The notes beneath the pieces were generated by a model, which ran no database searches, had not been told where the DNA came from, and saw only the letters and a list, made by a program, of their open reading frames with translations. DNA of 63,888 nt, counting the filler, from Lenisia limosa (taxonomy: Eukaryota > Protista > Breviatea): NCBI GenBank assembly GCA_001655205.1. It is 13 parts of 13 records of this genome, joined end to end, with 100 filler letters (N's around TTAATTAATTAA, not from the genome) between each part and the next. Parts side by side here need not be neighbours in the genome. Positions count along the whole stretch, not along the records: positions 57,137 to 62,136 come from LPNZ01010970.1; positions 62,237 to 63,888 come from LPNZ01005211.1; 11 more parts are not named here. The stretch is one strand, 5' to 3'. Positions 59,887 through 63,888 of this stretch are shown here, one piece after another (the first letter of the stretch is position 1; every line of letters begins with the position of its first letter). Both the position numbers and the translations under genes were made by a program.

Positions 59887-61963
59887 GATATGGCGGGATG
59901 CAGATCTTTCGCTCTATCCCTCAGAATGGACCAAGTATGAAGGGGATACTATGTTCATCATAGATTGAGGGATGGGTATTATTGTCATGATTGATGGGGG
60001 AGAATTATCAAAGATACTGTGTTCATCATAGATACTGTGTTCATCATAGATACTGTGTTCATCATAGATACTGTGATACTGTGTTCATCATAGATACAGA
60101 TTTGTATCATAGAATCATAGATTTGTATCATAGATACTATGTTCATCATATATTTGTATCATAGATACTATGTTCATCATGGATGGGGATGGGGCTGACC
60201 AATGCTTCGTTTGTTTTGTTGTTTCAACCTTCTTGTGTTTCTCAAATGTTAGCTCAATGAGTTCAGTTTATTGTTTTTGTTTCATAATCCAGAGCTTGTT
60301 TTTATTTTTGTGTTTTTGTGTTTTTGTCATCTGGTTTTTGTTTAGTTTTTTAGCATTGATTGCTTGTGTTTATTATTGCTTTTTTTTTTTNNNNNNNNNN
60401 NNNNNNNNNNNNNNNNNNNNNNNNNNNNNNNNNNNNNNNNNNNNNNNNNNNNNNNNNNNNNNNNNNNNNNNNNNNNNNNNNNNNNNNNNNNNNNNNNNNN
60501 NNNNNNNNNNNNNNNNNNNNNNNNNNNNNNNNNNNNNNNNNNNNNNNNNNNNNNNTCTCTTCCCTCCAAGCTCAACTCGCCAGGCTGGCTCGATGCGTTT
60601 ACGGGTTTGTGGGGCTATATAGTTATACCGGATAGAGTTGAGAGAAGTAAATCATTATTTCTTCCAGCATGGTGGTGTGGTCGGCTTCAGCCAGATAATT
60701 CCCTATGTTCCTCATTTATTTCACCATCTCAGGCACTTCCATGCACATGCAAACCTCAGCAATGGCGCATATGGACCACCTTGGCAGACTCATCACCACC
60801 CGCAGCTCCTTGATTGTGGGGGCAGGGGCAGGGCTTCACTTCGGTTCGAAAATTGACTGAACTTCTCGATACATCTTGGAAAATTTCGATTTAATTTTTT
60901 GGTATTTTTCGAAACGAAGTGAAGCTAGGCAGGGGCAGGGGGGTAACTTGTAATGAGATGGAATATTTTCACCTTACTGATTATTCCTTTTGAACAGGGA
61001 TTCACTTCGGTCAGAAAAAGACCGTTAAAATATCGGTATATCGAAAAATTCAGTCTCTATTTTTTTTGAACCGAATTGAACCCCAAATTTGCACATAATT
61101 AGCAATAATAATAGTTCCCGCTTCATAAAATAACAAGAACTTTCTTCACAAATTAAAAGAAAGTCGAAGAACCTTGACCCCCCCCCCNNNNNNNNNNNNN
61201 NNNNNNNNNNNNNNNNNNNNNNNNNNNNNNNNNNNNNNNNNNNNNNNNNNNNNNNNGTTCAGATCAAAGAAGAAAGTCTCTTGCGTCTTGCATACAATGA
61301 GCACCCCACTTTGGATGTCGATATCGAGGTATTTCAACCACCATGTTAAAGGGAGAAGGAGAGTGGTCCACTTCTTGGCTGATAAGGATTTAAGGTTGTC
61401 TTATTGAAAAACGGTTTTGAGCTATGTTGCTTCTGCACAATAATTGTTTTGTTTTTTTGTTTGAAGTTCATGCAATATCTTATTTATCTATCAGGAAAAT
61501 CTTCTCCCTGTGCAACTCACTGTATCAATAATTATTATTATTATTTTGGGAGCTAAAAAAAAAAAGGGGGGGGGGTAAAATNNNNNNNNNNNNNNNNNNN
61601 NNNNNNNNNNNNNNNNNNNNNNNNNNNNNNNNNNNNNNNNNNNNNNNNNNNAGTTGAAAGAGCTAAGCTACGATACTTCCCTCGCTTTTCAACAAGATAA
61701 TATTTCCTACCCTTTTTCTCCCCTTGAAATTTCCTTTGTTTTACCCAGTTCTTCGCTTTTCTTTGTTTTTATAGTTGTTATCAGCCCGTGTGTTACTAAC
61801 CAAGAGATGATTTCAGGTTTTTTTTTGTTTTATAAATTTTCCAATTTTACCACCCCCACAGATCCACACCTCAGTTGACGATCCGGTCCAGTCGCTCAGA
61901 GGCACGGGAGCGGAGGCCATGTCGGTCGTACTCCAACCCGGAGCGTATAATATCGACTGGAAG
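59887..61963 (+). CDS. Hypothetical spliced gene fragment
   Basis: Exons YGGMQIFRSIPQNGP, IKEESLLRLAYNEHPTLDVDIE and IHTSVDDPVQSLRGTGAEAMSVVLQPGAYNIDWK with GT-AG boundaries. Confidence 0.4.
60010..60180. repeat. Degenerate 18-bp minisatellite
   Basis: GATACTGTGTTCATCATA repeated, with truncated variants. Confidence 0.85.
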
Positions 61964-62279
61964 GTGGAGAGGGCCTATTGATGTAAACCCCACACCTCGC
62001 TGGAGTGATGGGATGCTGTGTTACAGAAGCAACTGTCCTGGGAGTTGTTTTGCTGTCGTGTTGCTATTCAACAGAGTTGATTTTGGACTTTTTTATTGTG
62101 TTTCATAAATTGCCACATTTCACCCCCCCCCCCAGGNNNNNNNNNNNNNNNNNNNNNNNNNNNNNNNNNNNNNNNNNNNNTTAATTAATTAANNNNNNNN
62201 NNNNNNNNNNNNNNNNNNNNNNNNNNNNNNNNNNNNGCTTGTTTTTTATTTCATACATTTTACTCCCCCTCCCCCCAGC

Positions 62280-62760
62280 CCACACCCCCACGTGCATTAA
62301 CGGGGAAGGAAGTTCGAATAGCTTCACCGCACCAGTCACTGTTTGGGGGAATTTCCTATTGTACATTGCTGTCATCATCCATCATAAAAAGACCCAAAAA
62401 GCGATCTATGCGCACACTAACCCATATCAGGTCTATCCGAACCTCTATAGGGTCAACCCAGAGTTCTTATCAAACGGCACTACCCCAATACAACTCAAGG
62501 TAAACGGAGGGAAAGGGAAATAGCATGGGTCTTAAATAGGAGCTTTTTCGACTGGGCTTTGTTTGTTTTGGTGTTATCAACCCTCGTATGTTGTCAGCCA
62601 ACAAAGTTTATTTGGGCTTTTCTTCTTGTTTTTGCACAATATTCTAACTTCCTTCTATGTGATACTGTGGTAAGGTGACACGTAATTGAGTGTTAAGAGG
62701 AGCTTTTCTGGTCAGATCTCTCTGAGATCCGGACCAAACCCCATAGAGCTCTATCATGTA
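62280..62760 (+). CDS. Hypothetical spliced gene fragment
   Basis: Exons HTPTCINGEGSSNSFTAPVT| and VYPNLYRVNPEFLSNGTTPIQLK| after C-rich acceptors. Confidence 0.35.
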
Positions 62761-63284
62761 TCGTATTTTTTTTATTTCATATATTTTCCAATTTCACTCC
62801 CCCCCCCCCCAGCCCCTNNNNNNNNNNNNNNNNNNNNNNNNNNNNNNNNNNNNNNNNNNNNNNNNNNNNNNNNNNNNNNNNNNNNNNNNNNNNNNNNNNN
62901 NNNNNNNNNNNNNNNNNNNNNNNNNNNNNNNNNNNCGAAAAAGACAGATAAATGTTCATCGAGGATTTATCGAGAAATTCCGTCTTTTTTGGAACCATAG
63001 GGAAGTCTTACTTGTATTTTTACTTAATATGGTGGGAAAACAAAAAAAAAAGGAGGAGGTGCACACTATAACAATTATTGGGTAGATATCACCACCTCAC
63101 CCCCACACAAAAAAACACTGTTGCTAGGTATAAGTAAATTTTTGGAGATACTAATATCTGGCCGAAGCCGTCCACACCATTACGCTAAAAAGAGATATTG
63201 GATTATAGTATCTGGCCGAGGCCGTCCACACCATTACGCTTATAAGAGATATTGGATTATAGGGCTCTGTGCAAATAATTTTTG

Positions 63285-63515
63285 AGGAAATTAGTTTACA
63301 TAATTGGAAATTAAAGTGTCCGAAATGTGTTTCTCGTTACCATAGGTCTCACTTCAAATTTTGCAATTCATTTTTCAAGTAATTGCATGGAGCCTTAATA
63401 ATTATATTATTTAAAGGGCAATGTTCGATTAATTGTTTGAGGAAATTAATTGACAAAATAAACGAAAGTGTCTGAAATGGGTTTCTCGTTACAATAAGTT
63501 CCACCTCAAATTTAA
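63285..63515. repeat. Diverged direct repeat, two ~75-bp units
   Basis: GAGGAAATTA..AAAGTGTCYGAAATG.GTTTCTCGTTAC..CAC.TCAAATTT at ~63285 and ~63440. Confidence 0.65.
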
Positions 63516-63888
63516 AATTAATGTACCATTCTCTTGCACAGAGTCCTAACTAAAAAATACTTGCAATTGACTATTACAATTTTTTTTTTTTTTTGATTGA
63601 TCTTAATAATAATAACATTATTTAGATATTCGCACGTGGGGCAACCATGGACCGTTCTCGACACCACCCTCACTGCTCGATACATCGCGACTGATCTGTC
63701 GTTACCCCAGAATTTCGACACGGTTTTCTTCCAATTCCGTTATCCCTCGTATGTTATTGGGCCCTTACACGTACTTGATATATTTCCATGAATGAACCTG
63801 CTATTTTACCATCCCCTCCCGCAGAGTTACAGGCCACCAGTGGACCGACATCAAAAAGAACATTTCTGAATCCTTGGTTATCCATTCT

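Overview
Intron-rich, AT-rich eukaryotic (protist) genomic DNA. It is not one locus: 13 contigs are joined by 12 artificial 100-nt spacers (N44-TTAATTAATTAA-N44), so synteny across spacers is meaningless. Genes recognised by manual splicing and translation: NAT10/KRE33, a coiled-coil repeat protein, an OSR1/SPAK-type STE20 kinase, NOP53, a bacterial-like sarcosine-oxidase-beta/DAO FAD oxidoreductase, NECAP, cofilin/actophorin, DNAAF11/LRRC6 (motile-cilium marker), TUBGCP3, PIGA, a WD40 protein, an RCC1-repeat protein, a REXO1-like exonuclease and several hypothetical genes. Non-coding highlights: (1) three intronic box C/D snoRNAs with an LSU-rRNA guide in an apparently non-coding host transcript next to cofilin; (2) a dispersed repeat that forms the 3' end of introns, right up to the acceptor AG, in unrelated genes (introner-like or acceptor-donating element); (3) long introns with G-run donors and C-run acceptors; (4) recurrent tandem duplication of splice junctions; (5) a high-copy ~100-bp hAT-type MITE with 8-bp TSDs, plus other MITE-like families. 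All homology calls come from remembered motifs, not database searches. Gene ends are approximate where stated.
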